Shown piece after piece: positions 8,925 to 15,919 of a stretch of DNA of 40,234 nt. Made by a program: the position numbers and the translations under genes. The first letter of the stretch is position 1, and each line of letters begins with the position of its first letter. Source of the DNA: an uncultured Candidatus Saccharibacteria bacterium (GTDB lineage: Bacteria > Patescibacteriota > Saccharimonadia > Saccharimonadales > UBA4665); NCBI GenBank assembly GCA_964426315.1, contig CAYRPQ010000001.1, forward strand, positions 1 to 40,234, given 5' to 3'. A model generated the notes under the pieces. The model was not told the origin of the DNA, ran no database searches, and saw only the letters and a program-made list of their open reading frames with translations.

Positions 8925-8949
8925 GGCAAAGAGCCAGCGCTCAATTACT

Positions 8950-9582
8950 ATGGCCGAAAAACTCGGATTTGACGAGAAGATAGCGAACTTGTTCGCCTAC
9001 GAGCAAGCCTTACAGGAACTACCGCCAGAGCCGGAAGAAGGCTTCGTAGTACCCGGCTTGGTAGACGAGACTGCCTGGTACCTCCGAGAGGACCCCCAAC
9101 GCATACGGCAGTCAGAGTCGCTGGAAGAAGCGCTTAAGGGAGTAGGCTTCGTACTAGGCGGCCACGCGCGCGTAGAATATGGCGCCCAAGGACGCGACTT
9201 TGCTAGCCGGGAGCTACAAAGCGACACGGCTGAAGGAAGAATGGCGAGATCCAGGGTATTAGCCGTTATGACTCGCCCTACTAGTTTTGAGGAGATTGAT
9301 GAGGGCGCCGTGGCCATTAATAATTTTTTGGGAAGGATGCTTGACGGGGCGCAGGTTGAAATCGCCCCGTTCGGTAACAGGTACGGCAACGCGCATCAGA
9401 GACACACGGTTGACGCCAGTCGTCCCGTATTCGGAGTGTTCGGCGCCGAATTCTACCATCGTACGTTGAACATCCAGTACGATACCCCGCGCACTCAACT
9501 CTTAATTCCCGTGCCACCAGTCTTAGCCGTGCCGTTGCACTATGTCGTTTCAGGCGAGGGCGTAAGTCTCAGTACTTGCTAA
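8950..9582 (+). CDS. Hypothetical protein (cassette gene 2)
   Basis: 210-aa ORF starting 25 nt after gene 1. No TM segment or signal peptide and no recognisable motif. Confidence 0.55.
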   Translation: MAEKLGFDEKIANLFAYEQALQELPPEPEEGFVVPGLVDETAWYLREDPQRIRQSESLEEALKGVGFVLGGHARVEYGAQGRDFASRELQSDTAEGRMARSRVLAVMTRPTSFEEIDEGAVAINNFLGRMLDGAQVEIAPFGNRYGNAHQRHTVDASRPVFGVFGAEFYHRTLNIQYDTPRTQLLIPVPPVLAVPLHYVVSGEGVSLSTC

Positions 9583-9598
9583 CACGAGCAGTTAATTT

Positions 9599-9604
9599 TA
9601 AAAT
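9599..9604 (+). promoter_or_regulatory. -10 box (TAAAAT) abutting the start codon of cassette gene 3
   Basis: TAAAAT at 9599-9604, then 8 nt, then ATG 9613. No Shine-Dalgarno sequence. Confidence 0.3.
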
Positions 9605-9612
9605 AATATTCT

Positions 9613-10596
9613 ATGATCCGGGAAACAGGCGAGAATTCTAAACCGGTTATTGATTTCTTTGAAGACGGCGTGCCCGACTTTAATTTTTTTGAAGAAGCGC
9701 AGGACCATAATAACTCGCCAAATGCGGAGCCTCAGTACGACTTATTTAGGTGGAAATCCCAGCAGGTGGAAATCTTCAATATCAGTCAATTAGCAGCTGA
9801 TTACCTTTACGACAATGACATAAGCGCCCTGGTATTGGTTGACAGGTCCGCTAGGCCCGCGTGGGTGGGCGTAAAAACCTATTGGGATCAGGTTTACGAA
9901 GAAGAAAGACCAATGCCTTCCATATTCTTTGTTAACCCTGCAGGGTTTAAGGAGGAGGCCGACGAGGGCATGGCTACCCGTGTAAAAACTGAGCACCCTT
10001 TCCTAGGCAAATATAAATCTGAGCCCATTCTAATACTTGACACCTGTCTTCACTTCGGACAGTCTCTTACCCCTGTCGTTGAGGGATTATTGGGTGCGAA
10101 TTTTGAAGATGTGCACATAGGCGTAGCCAGTAACAAGCAGAACTTCAGCGGTCTTAAGCCGGACCTTATCTTAGTCGGACACAGAATAGGCTGTTATCCA
10201 TTTTCAATGGATCAGTCGGTTAGTAAAGGAGAGAAGCTTTATTCCGAAGTCGCAGAAGAAGGGAGAGAACATGGCCAAAAAATACGTTCAGAAATAAAAA
10301 ACATCATTCTCCAGAACCTGGAAGCCGAAACCGAAAGTGAGATACCGGCATTCAGCGTAAGAACTAATACGGATTTAAGCCGGGTAGTACATAACCTTCA
10401 AGTGATTGCCCGAACCCGCAAAAAAAGGCTGGTGGCCAAGTTCGCAGGAGCCGCATTAGGACTATATGCCGGCGTACGTCTAGGTGTAGAAAGTGAAACG
10501 GACACCACTTCTGTAATCATAGACAGCTCCATTGGTATGATCGTAGGCTACAAAGGTACGAGTATATTGGCAAAACTCGTCACGCCCACTAAATAA
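9613..10596 (+). CDS. Hypothetical protein with a phosphoribosyltransferase-like core and a hydrophobic C-terminal tail (cassette gene 3)
   Basis: 327 aa. ISALVLVDRSARP and EPILILDTCLHFGQSL resemble the type I PRT fold and its PRPP loop (hydrophobic run, acidic residues, then xxGxT), but the motif is degenerate. The C-terminus has two hydrophobic stretches (FAGAALGLYAGVRLGV and VIIDSSIGMIVGY). The domain call is made by eye only. Confidence 0.55.
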   Translation: MIRETGENSKPVIDFFEDGVPDFNFFEEAQDHNNSPNAEPQYDLFRWKSQQVEIFNISQLAADYLYDNDISALVLVDRSARPAWVGVKTYWDQVYEEERPMPSIFFVNPAGFKEEADEGMATRVKTEHPFLGKYKSEPILILDTCLHFGQSLTPVVEGLLGANFEDVHIGVASNKQNFSGLKPDLILVGHRIGCYPFSMDQSVSKGEKLYSEVAEEGREHGQKIRSEIKNIILQNLEAETESEIPAFSVRTNTDLSRVVHNLQVIARTRKKRLVAKFAGAALGLYAGVRLGVESETDTTSVIIDSSIGMIVGYKGTSILAKLVTPTK

Positions 10597-10598
10597 GC

Positions 10599-10626
10599 CA
10601 CATCATCAAAGCGGTGCTTTTTTGTT
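10599..10626 (+). repeat. Copy 2 of the imperfect 28-nt direct repeat
   Basis: cacatcatcaaagcggtgcttttttgtt, 22/28 identical to 7233-7260. This copy forms only a poor hairpin. Confidence 0.6.
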
Positions 10627-10654
10627 ATCATAGGGTTACTTAGGAGGACGCGGC

Positions 10655-11092
10655 ATGAAGGCATTTGTTATCGGTATTCTGGCAGTCATTATCGTCGGCG
10701 GAGGCGGTTATTTGGTGTTGCATAAGGATAATTCCAAGCCGTCGGCGGCAAGCACGGCCCAGGCTAAAGTTTCGCCAAACACCCAGGCGCCGGTTGCAAA
10801 CGATGGGGGTACAAACATCCAGGTCGCGGCTACTATAACTTACACCGACAACGGCTTCAGCCCGGCTGTAACGACGGTTATGTCGGGCGACACGGTGGCT
10901 GTCGAGAACAAGTCGTCGAACGTTATGCAGTTCGCTTCCGATCCGCACCCCCAACATACCGATGACCTGGACCTGAACGTTGGCAGTGTTGACCCGGGCC
11001 AAACAGTGACTTTTAAGGTCACTCAAAAGGGCAATTACGGCTTCCACGACCACTTTAATGCTGGCAATACGGGTCGCATAGTAATCCAGTAA
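10655..11092 (+). CDS. Membrane-anchored cupredoxin-like domain protein
   Basis: A strong Shine-Dalgarno sequence (AGGAGG) lies 8 nt upstream. N-terminal TM helix. The C-terminal roughly 90 aa (ITYTDNGFSP..TVMSGDTVAVENKS....PGQTVTFKVTQKGNYGFHDHFN..TGRIVIQ) follows the cupredoxin beta-sandwich pattern. The protein contains no cysteine. Confidence 0.65.
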   Translation: MKAFVIGILAVIIVGGGGYLVLHKDNSKPSAASTAQAKVSPNTQAPVANDGGTNIQVAATITYTDNGFSPAVTTVMSGDTVAVENKSSNVMQFASDPHPQHTDDLDLNVGSVDPGQTVTFKVTQKGNYGFHDHFNAGNTGRIVIQ

Positions 11093-11133
11093 ACTTAGGA
11101 AAAACACCTTAGAAGGCGTATACTGTAGGTATT

Positions 11134-11196
11134 ATGTCGAAAGATCGAGGCCGTAAGGAAATCAAGAAGCCCAAACAGCCTAAAGTCCGGCCATGA
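11134..11196 (+). CDS. Candidate 20-aa basic micro-ORF (MSKDRGRKEIKKPKQPKVRP)
   Basis: ATG 11134, stop TGA 11194-11196. The stop overlaps ATG 11193 of the next ORF (ATGA). TATACT at 11119-11124 lies upstream. The only support is the coupling geometry. Confidence 0.25.
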   Translation: MSKDRGRKEIKKPKQPKVRP

Positions 11197-11447
11197 ACGG
11201 GAATTACCTTCAGAAGCCGACCAAGCAGGTGTTTATGACCGACGAGGAAATCCAGGAGGAGCTTACCCAAATGGAGTCTGACTCGTCTATTAATACTAAA
11301 CCGGCTTATGATAAGTACGACCATTCGCCCGAAAAGCTGTTGACCTTCCGCGACAGGCACTCCGACTATCTTAAAAAGCACCCCAAAGTGAACCCCCAGC
11401 ATTACCTTTCAAATTTGCGGGCCGTACTGCGCGTTCGTTCTAAATAG
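11193..11447 (+). CDS. Hypothetical 84-aa protein
   Basis: It is the only forward ORF in this gap. An alternative start is ATG 11235 (MTDEEIQ...). No family recognised. Confidence 0.5.
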   Translation: MNGNYLQKPTKQVFMTDEEIQEELTQMESDSSINTKPAYDKYDHSPEKLLTFRDRHSDYLKKHPKVNPQHYLSNLRAVLRVRSK

Positions 11448-11474
11448 CCGCTTGGGTTTATGGCCCGGCTCGCT

Positions 11475-11480
11475 TACAAT
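11475..11480 (+). promoter_or_regulatory. -10 box (TACAAT), leaderless arrangement
   Basis: TACAAT at 11475-11480, then 8 nt, then ATG 11489. Confidence 0.4.
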
Positions 11481-11488
11481 TAGGTAGG

Positions 11489-12148
11489 ATGACAAAAAGA
11501 GAAATAACGGTAGGAGCGGTGGGATTCGTGGCCGCCGCGCTGTTGGCGGGCGGCGGTTTATTATTGTTCGGCCATCATACGCCCAAAAAAGTCGCCCACC
11601 TGCAACAGACGGTAGGCGACCACACTATTTCGCTTAATCAAACCAGTGCATCTGATGACTCGGGCGGACTGAGCGTGGCTTCCGGCGGTGCCGGCCTCGG
11701 CCAGTTGGATAACAGCAAAGGTCAGAGCGGCTCTTCATCATCGGCTTCCGGATCTAGCGGTTCTAACGGTGTCGATCCCTCAAATTTCAAGCAATACGAC
11801 AAGTACAAAGACAGCACCTCGGGTCTGTTCGCCGACGTTCAGAAAGGCACCGGCACCGAGTTGACCGACGGTAAGAAAGCGGCCGTGGTTTACAAGGGCT
11901 GGCTGACCGACGGTACTTTGTTCGACGAATCCAAAACCGGTTCCGACGGCAAGTTGCAAGCGTTTACCTTTACTCTAGGTGCTCACCAGGTTATCGCCGG
12001 CTGGGAAGAGGCTATAACCGGCATGAAAGTCGGTGGCACGCGCCTAATGATCATTCCGCCGTCGGTCGGTTACGGCGCCCAAGGGCAGGGTCCGGTGCCG
12101 GGCAATGCCGTGCTGGTTTTCCTCGTCCAACTGGCCGACGTCCAGTAG
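11489..12148 (+). CDS. FKBP-type peptidyl-prolyl cis-trans isomerase, membrane anchored
   Basis: N-terminal TM helix and a Ser/Gly-rich linker. The FKBP domain reads VVYKGWLTDGTLFDES...FTFTLGAHQVIAGWEEAITGMKVGGTRLMIIPPSVGYG. Confidence 0.9.
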   Translation: MTKREITVGAVGFVAAALLAGGGLLLFGHHTPKKVAHLQQTVGDHTISLNQTSASDDSGGLSVASGGAGLGQLDNSKGQSGSSSSASGSSGSNGVDPSNFKQYDKYKDSTSGLFADVQKGTGTELTDGKKAAVVYKGWLTDGTLFDESKTGSDGKLQAFTFTLGAHQVIAGWEEAITGMKVGGTRLMIIPPSVGYGAQGQGPVPGNAVLVFLVQLADVQ

Positions 12149-12171
12149 GCCTTGTACGCAAGGGCTTTACC

Positions 12172-12180
12172 TGTTACACT
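12172..12180 (+). promoter_or_regulatory. Extended -10 promoter (TGtTACACT) giving an about 120-nt leader for the RRM gene
   Basis: TG at 12172-12173 and TACACT at 12175-12180. The GGAG Shine-Dalgarno sequence lies just before ATG 12306. Confidence 0.35.
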
Positions 12181-12305
12181 GGCCCTGCTAGAAAAGCTGC
12201 TAATAACGGTTCCGTTAGGTTCTAGAGTTTAGTTAATTAATTATAAGTGTTTCAGAGGCGCAGCTAACTGGTTTGCCAGGTTACCTCGGTTACATAGGAG
12301 AGTAA

Positions 12306-12617
12306 ATGGCAACCAAACTATTTATCGGCTCGCTCGCTTGGGCAACCAACGACGACAGCCTTAAAGACTTCTTTTCACAGGCCGGCACCGTTGTGTCAGC
12401 TAACGTGATCGTCGATCGCGACACCAACCGTAGCAAGGGCTTCGGTTTCGTGGAAATGTCGAGCGACGAAGAGGCTAAAAAAGCCGTTGAAGAGCTCAAC
12501 GGTAAAGACCTCGACGGCCGACCAATCGTCGTCAGCGAGGCTCGTCCTCGCGAAGACCGACCCCGCGGTGGCGGTGGTGGTTACAATGGTGGCGGCGGAG
12601 GCGGCGACCGCTACTAA
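12306..12617 (+). CDS. RRM-type RNA-binding protein with a Gly/Arg-rich tail
   Basis: RNP-2 motif KLFIGSL and RNP-1 motif KGFGFVEM. C-terminus PRGGGGGYNGGGGGGDRY. Confidence 0.9.
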   Translation: MATKLFIGSLAWATNDDSLKDFFSQAGTVVSANVIVDRDTNRSKGFGFVEMSSDEEAKKAVEELNGKDLDGRPIVVSEARPREDRPRGGGGGYNGGGGGGDRY

Positions 12618-12639
12618 GCGAACGTCACGCTCCACTTTG

Positions 12640-12669
12640 AAAATATCCCCGTGATTTAGGGGATATTTT
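12640..12669 (+). terminator. Intrinsic terminator after the RRM gene
   Basis: Perfect 11-bp inverted repeat AAAATATCCCC (12640-12650) / GGGGATATTTT (12659-12669) with an 8-nt loop. The 3' arm ends in a T-run. Confidence 0.7.
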
Positions 12670-12686
12670 CATGTAGGCTGGTAGTA

Positions 12687-14000
12687 ATGAGTCAATTGGG
12701 AAACGCCAAAAACAAGGCTAAAAATAAAGCCAAGAACCTGGCGGTTAAAGCCTCCAAGGTTTTGCCGCTGTCGTTCAGGCCGGATAAAGAGCTGGTGCCG
12801 GAAGACGTTAAAGCCGCACGCGACTACATCGCCAAATATTGGTCAAAAGTAGAGCGTAGCCACCCCAAAGACGACGAAAGCCTGCTGGGCCTGCCGCACC
12901 CTTACTTGGTGCCGTCTTACCGCGAGCGCACCGGCTTTGACTACAACGAAATGTATTACTGGGATAGCTACTTTATGGTTCAGGGCATGCTAGACGACCA
13001 GCACAAGCAACTGGTCACCGGCATCCTCGAGAACCTGCTTTTTTTATTTAAGCGCTTCAAAGTTATACCAAACGCCTCCCGCACTTACCTGACAGGCCGC
13101 TCACAGCCGCCGTTCCTTACTACCTTTATTTTTGACGTGTACCGGCACTACAATCCCGGCGACGACTGGCTAAAGCAAGCCATGGCCGTGGCCGAACAGG
13201 AATACAACACTGTCTGGATGGGCATTAAAAAACCCAATGAGCGGCAGATATACCGCGGTCTCAGTCGCCACTACGACATTAACTACCTGCACGATCTGGC
13301 CGAAGCCGAAAGTGGCTGGGACATGACGCCGCGCTTCGAGCGCCGGGCGCTCAACTTTTTGCCGGTTGACCTCAACGCGTTGCTGTATAAGTACGAAACC
13401 GACTTTGCCCGCGCCGCCCGCATTTTCGACGACAAGCGGGCTGCCGCCAAATGGGATGATGCCGCTAGCGTCCGCCAGGCCACCATGAACGAACTGATGT
13501 GGGACGCCAACCGCGACCTTTTCTACGACTATAATTTCATCAAAAAGAAAAAGGGCCAGGTCAGTAGCCTGGCGGCCTTCTACCCGATGTGGGCCGGCAT
13601 GGTCAGCGAAGCCCAGGCCGCCGTATTGGTCAAATCACTACGCAAGTTTGAGCATAAAGGTGGCCTGGCCGCCACCGACTCACTGCCGTTCACGCAATAT
13701 GTTCTGGGTAGCCTGCCCACGCAATGGGCTTATCCGAACGGCTGGGCGCCACTGCATTTTATAGTCGTTAAAGCCCTGGAGCGCTACGGTTACCACGCCG
13801 ACGCCCGCCGCATAGCCACCAAGTGGCTCAAAACAAACATGGTGTGGTTCAACAAGGAGCACATCTTCCTGGAAAAATATAATGTTGTGTCACCCGAAAA
13901 ACCACCGGTCAAAGGCCTTTACCCATCCCAGACTGGCTTTGGCTGGACCAACGCCGTCTTCGAAGCTTTCTGCGCCGATTACGTCGACCGCCCGCTATAA
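12687..14000 (+). CDS. Alpha,alpha-trehalase (glycoside hydrolase family 37)
   Basis: 437 aa. YYWDSYF, GRSQPPFLT, AEAESGWDMTPRF and QWAYPNGWAPLH match the GH37 trehalase signatures. Confidence 0.88.
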   Translation: MSQLGNAKNKAKNKAKNLAVKASKVLPLSFRPDKELVPEDVKAARDYIAKYWSKVERSHPKDDESLLGLPHPYLVPSYRERTGFDYNEMYYWDSYFMVQGMLDDQHKQLVTGILENLLFLFKRFKVIPNASRTYLTGRSQPPFLTTFIFDVYRHYNPGDDWLKQAMAVAEQEYNTVWMGIKKPNERQIYRGLSRHYDINYLHDLAEAESGWDMTPRFERRALNFLPVDLNALLYKYETDFARAARIFDDKRAAAKWDDAASVRQATMNELMWDANRDLFYDYNFIKKKKGQVSSLAAFYPMWAGMVSEAQAAVLVKSLRKFEHKGGLAATDSLPFTQYVLGSLPTQWAYPNGWAPLHFIVVKALERYGYHADARRIATKWLKTNMVWFNKEHIFLEKYNVVSPEKPPVKGLYPSQTGFGWTNAVFEAFCADYVDRPL

Positions 14001-14017
14001 TATAATCTTAGAGCCTT

Positions 14018-14094
14018 GGGGTTGTAGCTCAGCTGGCTAGAGCGCAGCATTCACATTGCTGAAGTCGGGGGTTCGAATCCCTCCAGCCCCACCA
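14018..14094 (+). tRNA. tRNA-Val (anticodon CAC), CCA encoded
   Basis: The cloverleaf was folded by hand. Acceptor GGGGTTG/CAGCCCC, D stem GCTC/GAGC, anticodon stem CAGCA/TGCTG with loop TTCACAT, T arm GGGGG-TTCGAAT-CCCTC, then discriminator A and CCA. Confidence 0.9.
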
Positions 14095-14101
14095 ATTATT
14101 A

Positions 14102-14401
14102 CTAGCCGCGTTTGCCGAACTTATTGCCGTGTTGCTGATCCGGTTGAATTATGGGGTGTATAACTTGTCTGGCGTAGTTGGCCATGGGCATGTGGCCGTT
14201 ATGGAAGAGCGCATCTTTGCTGGCAGGTGCATCCGGGCCGGCTGGTTTAATTTTGCTGAATGCAGGTTCGCCGGGTAGAGCCGACTCCACAGGAATTACA
14301 CACGTAGATATTCCACCGGCTCTGGGTACATAATCCGGATCCACTTTAGAAGGCTCAAAGCCTGGGAAAGCGCCGTGGAGTTCTCCGATACGTCCTAACA
14401 T
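14102..14401 (-). CDS. Hypothetical 99-aa protein
   Basis: It is the only ORF in the 385-nt gap between the tRNA and metG. On the minus strand, TACTAT lies 6 nt upstream of the ATG, the leaderless pattern. No family recognised. Confidence 0.4.
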   Translation of the reverse strand: MLGRIGELHGAFPGFEPSKVDPDYVPRAGGISTCVIPVESALPGEPAFSKIKPAGPDAPASKDALFHNGHMPMANYARQVIHPIIQPDQQHGNKFGKRG

Positions 14402-14463
14402 ACTGTGATAGTACTATATATTTTTTAAATCGCAAACACGCCGCCGCTCAGTTTTGCCTAACC

Positions 14464-14472
14464 TGTTACAAT
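14464..14472 (+). promoter_or_regulatory. Extended -10 promoter (TGtTACAAT), leaderless metG
   Basis: TACAAT at 14467-14472, then 7 nt (agttgaa), then ATG 14480. Confidence 0.5.
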
Positions 14473-14479
14473 AGTTGAA

Positions 14480-15919
14480 ATGGGTAAGTATTACGTTTGT
14501 ACGTCGATTCCGTATGTGAATGCCGAGCCGCATATCGGTTTTGCCATGGAATTGTTGTATGCCGATGTGCTGGCTCGCCGAGCGCGCCAAAAAGGCGATG
14601 ACGTTATTTTTTGCACCGGCACCGATGAGCACGGCGGTAAGGTCGCCGAAAAGGCTGCCGAGAAAAAACTGGAACCCAAGGCCTACGCCGACCAAATAAG
14701 CCAGCGCTTCGCGGCGCTGGGCGAACTGCTGAACGTTAGTAACAATCGCTTTATCCGTACCACCGATACTTCGCACGAACAACGTGCCCAACTGATCTGG
14801 AAAGCCCTTAAAAAGGATATTTACAAGGGTAAATACGTCGGCTGGTACTGCACCGGCGACGAAGCCTTTTTCAGTGAAGCCGAGGTTAAGGCCAATAACG
14901 GCATCTGCCCGAATCACAACCGCCCCTACGAAAAGGTCGAAGAAGAAAATTACTTTTTCAAGCTGAGCGCCTACAACGACGCCATCGTTAAAGCCATAGA
15001 CAAGGGTGACCTGCGAATCGTGCCGGATACCCGCCGCAACGAAATTCTCAGTTTGCTAAAAGGCGGCTTGGACGACATCAGCGTTTCGCGCCCGCAAGAA
15101 AAAATTGGCTGGGGTATTCCAGTACCCGGCGATACCAGCCAGGTGATGTACGTCTGGTTCGAAGCGTTGATGAACTACATCACCGTGCTGGGCTATCCGG
15201 AACATGAAGATTTCAAGCAATTCTGGCCGGCCAACGTGCAGGTGATTGGCAAAGACATCATCCGTTTTCACGCCGCTATCTGGCCGGCTATGCTGATGAG
15301 CCTGGGCGTTGCTCTGCCCAAACAGCTCTACGTGCACGGTTTCGTGACCGTCGAGGGCAAGAAAATGAGCAAGTCCATTGGTAACGTCGTGCACCCCACT
15401 GAAATCGTCGATAAGTACGGCGTTGACGCCTTTCGTTACTATTTTCTGCGGCATGTGCCGAGCTACGAGGACGGTGACTTTAGCTGGCAGAGGCTGGAAG
15501 CATCCTACAATAACGAGCTGGCCAACGAGCTGGGTAACGCCGTCCAGCGCACGGCCGCCATGATCATGCAGTACACCGCCGGACACGTCAAAGACCTGCC
15601 CGAGGCCGGTCACGATCTGGCTAAATACGAAGAGGCCTTGGCCGATTGCCGTTTTGATCGGGCGCTTGACGAAGTCTGGGAGCAGGTCCGCGGCCTTAAC
15701 CAGTACATTGACGAGGAAAAGCCGTGGGAAATCGCCAAAGGCGGCGACCTGCAACATCTCGAAGAAGTACTGGCCTACCAGGTTAGCTCACTACTGAACA
15801 TCGCCACGCTTTTGGAGCCGTTCCTACCCGAAACCGCCGCCAAAATACAGGCCGTTTTTAGAGACGGTAAAATCACGCCTATTAAAGGTACTCTTTTTCC
15901 GAAGCATGAATCTGGTTGA
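14480..15919 (+). CDS. metG: Methionyl-tRNA synthetase (short form, no C-terminal tRNA-binding domain)
   Basis: HIGH-type motif PYVNAEPHIGFA and KMSKS motif KMSKSIGN. 479 aa. Confidence 0.95.
   Translation: MGKYYVCTSIPYVNAEPHIGFAMELLYADVLARRARQKGDDVIFCTGTDEHGGKVAEKAAEKKLEPKAYADQISQRFAALGELLNVSNNRFIRTTDTSHEQRAQLIWKALKKDIYKGKYVGWYCTGDEAFFSEAEVKANNGICPNHNRPYEKVEEENYFFKLSAYNDAIVKAIDKGDLRIVPDTRRNEILSLLKGGLDDISVSRPQEKIGWGIPVPGDTSQVMYVWFEALMNYITVLGYPEHEDFKQFWPANVQVIGKDIIRFHAAIWPAMLMSLGVALPKQLYVHGFVTVEGKKMSKSIGNVVHPTEIVDKYGVDAFRYYFLRHVPSYEDGDFSWQRLEASYNNELANELGNAVQRTAAMIMQYTAGHVKDLPEAGHDLAKYEEALADCRFDRALDEVWEQVRGLNQYIDEEKPWEIAKGGDLQHLEEVLAYQVSSLLNIATLLEPFLPETAAKIQAVFRDGKITPIKGTLFPKHESG

Larger units (their letters stand above)
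6050..10626. other. Low-GC accessory segment around ssrA (possible decayed genomic island)
   Basis: Hand GC counts on 60-nt lines give 63% at 5941, 38% at 6241, 43% at 7321, 48% at 8581 and 47% at 9661. The segment is bounded on the right by the repeat of the ssrA terminator region. Confidence 0.45.

Noticed and set aside
12221-12250. AT-rich palindrome (agtttagttaattaattataag) in the RRM gene leader
   Set aside because: It is a short, low-complexity AT palindrome. It is too small and isolated to call an operator, and is folded into the leader observation instead.
12699-12740. Tandem AAnAAnGCn repeat encoding NAKNKAKNKAKN at the trehalase N-terminus
   Set aside because: It is a short in-frame low-complexity tract inside a well-supported CDS. 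There is no evidence that it is a phase-variable repeat.
14414-15757. Minus-strand ORFs of 167 and 233 aa
   Set aside because: They are antisense to metG, which has the HIGH and KMSKS motifs. Shadow ORFs.
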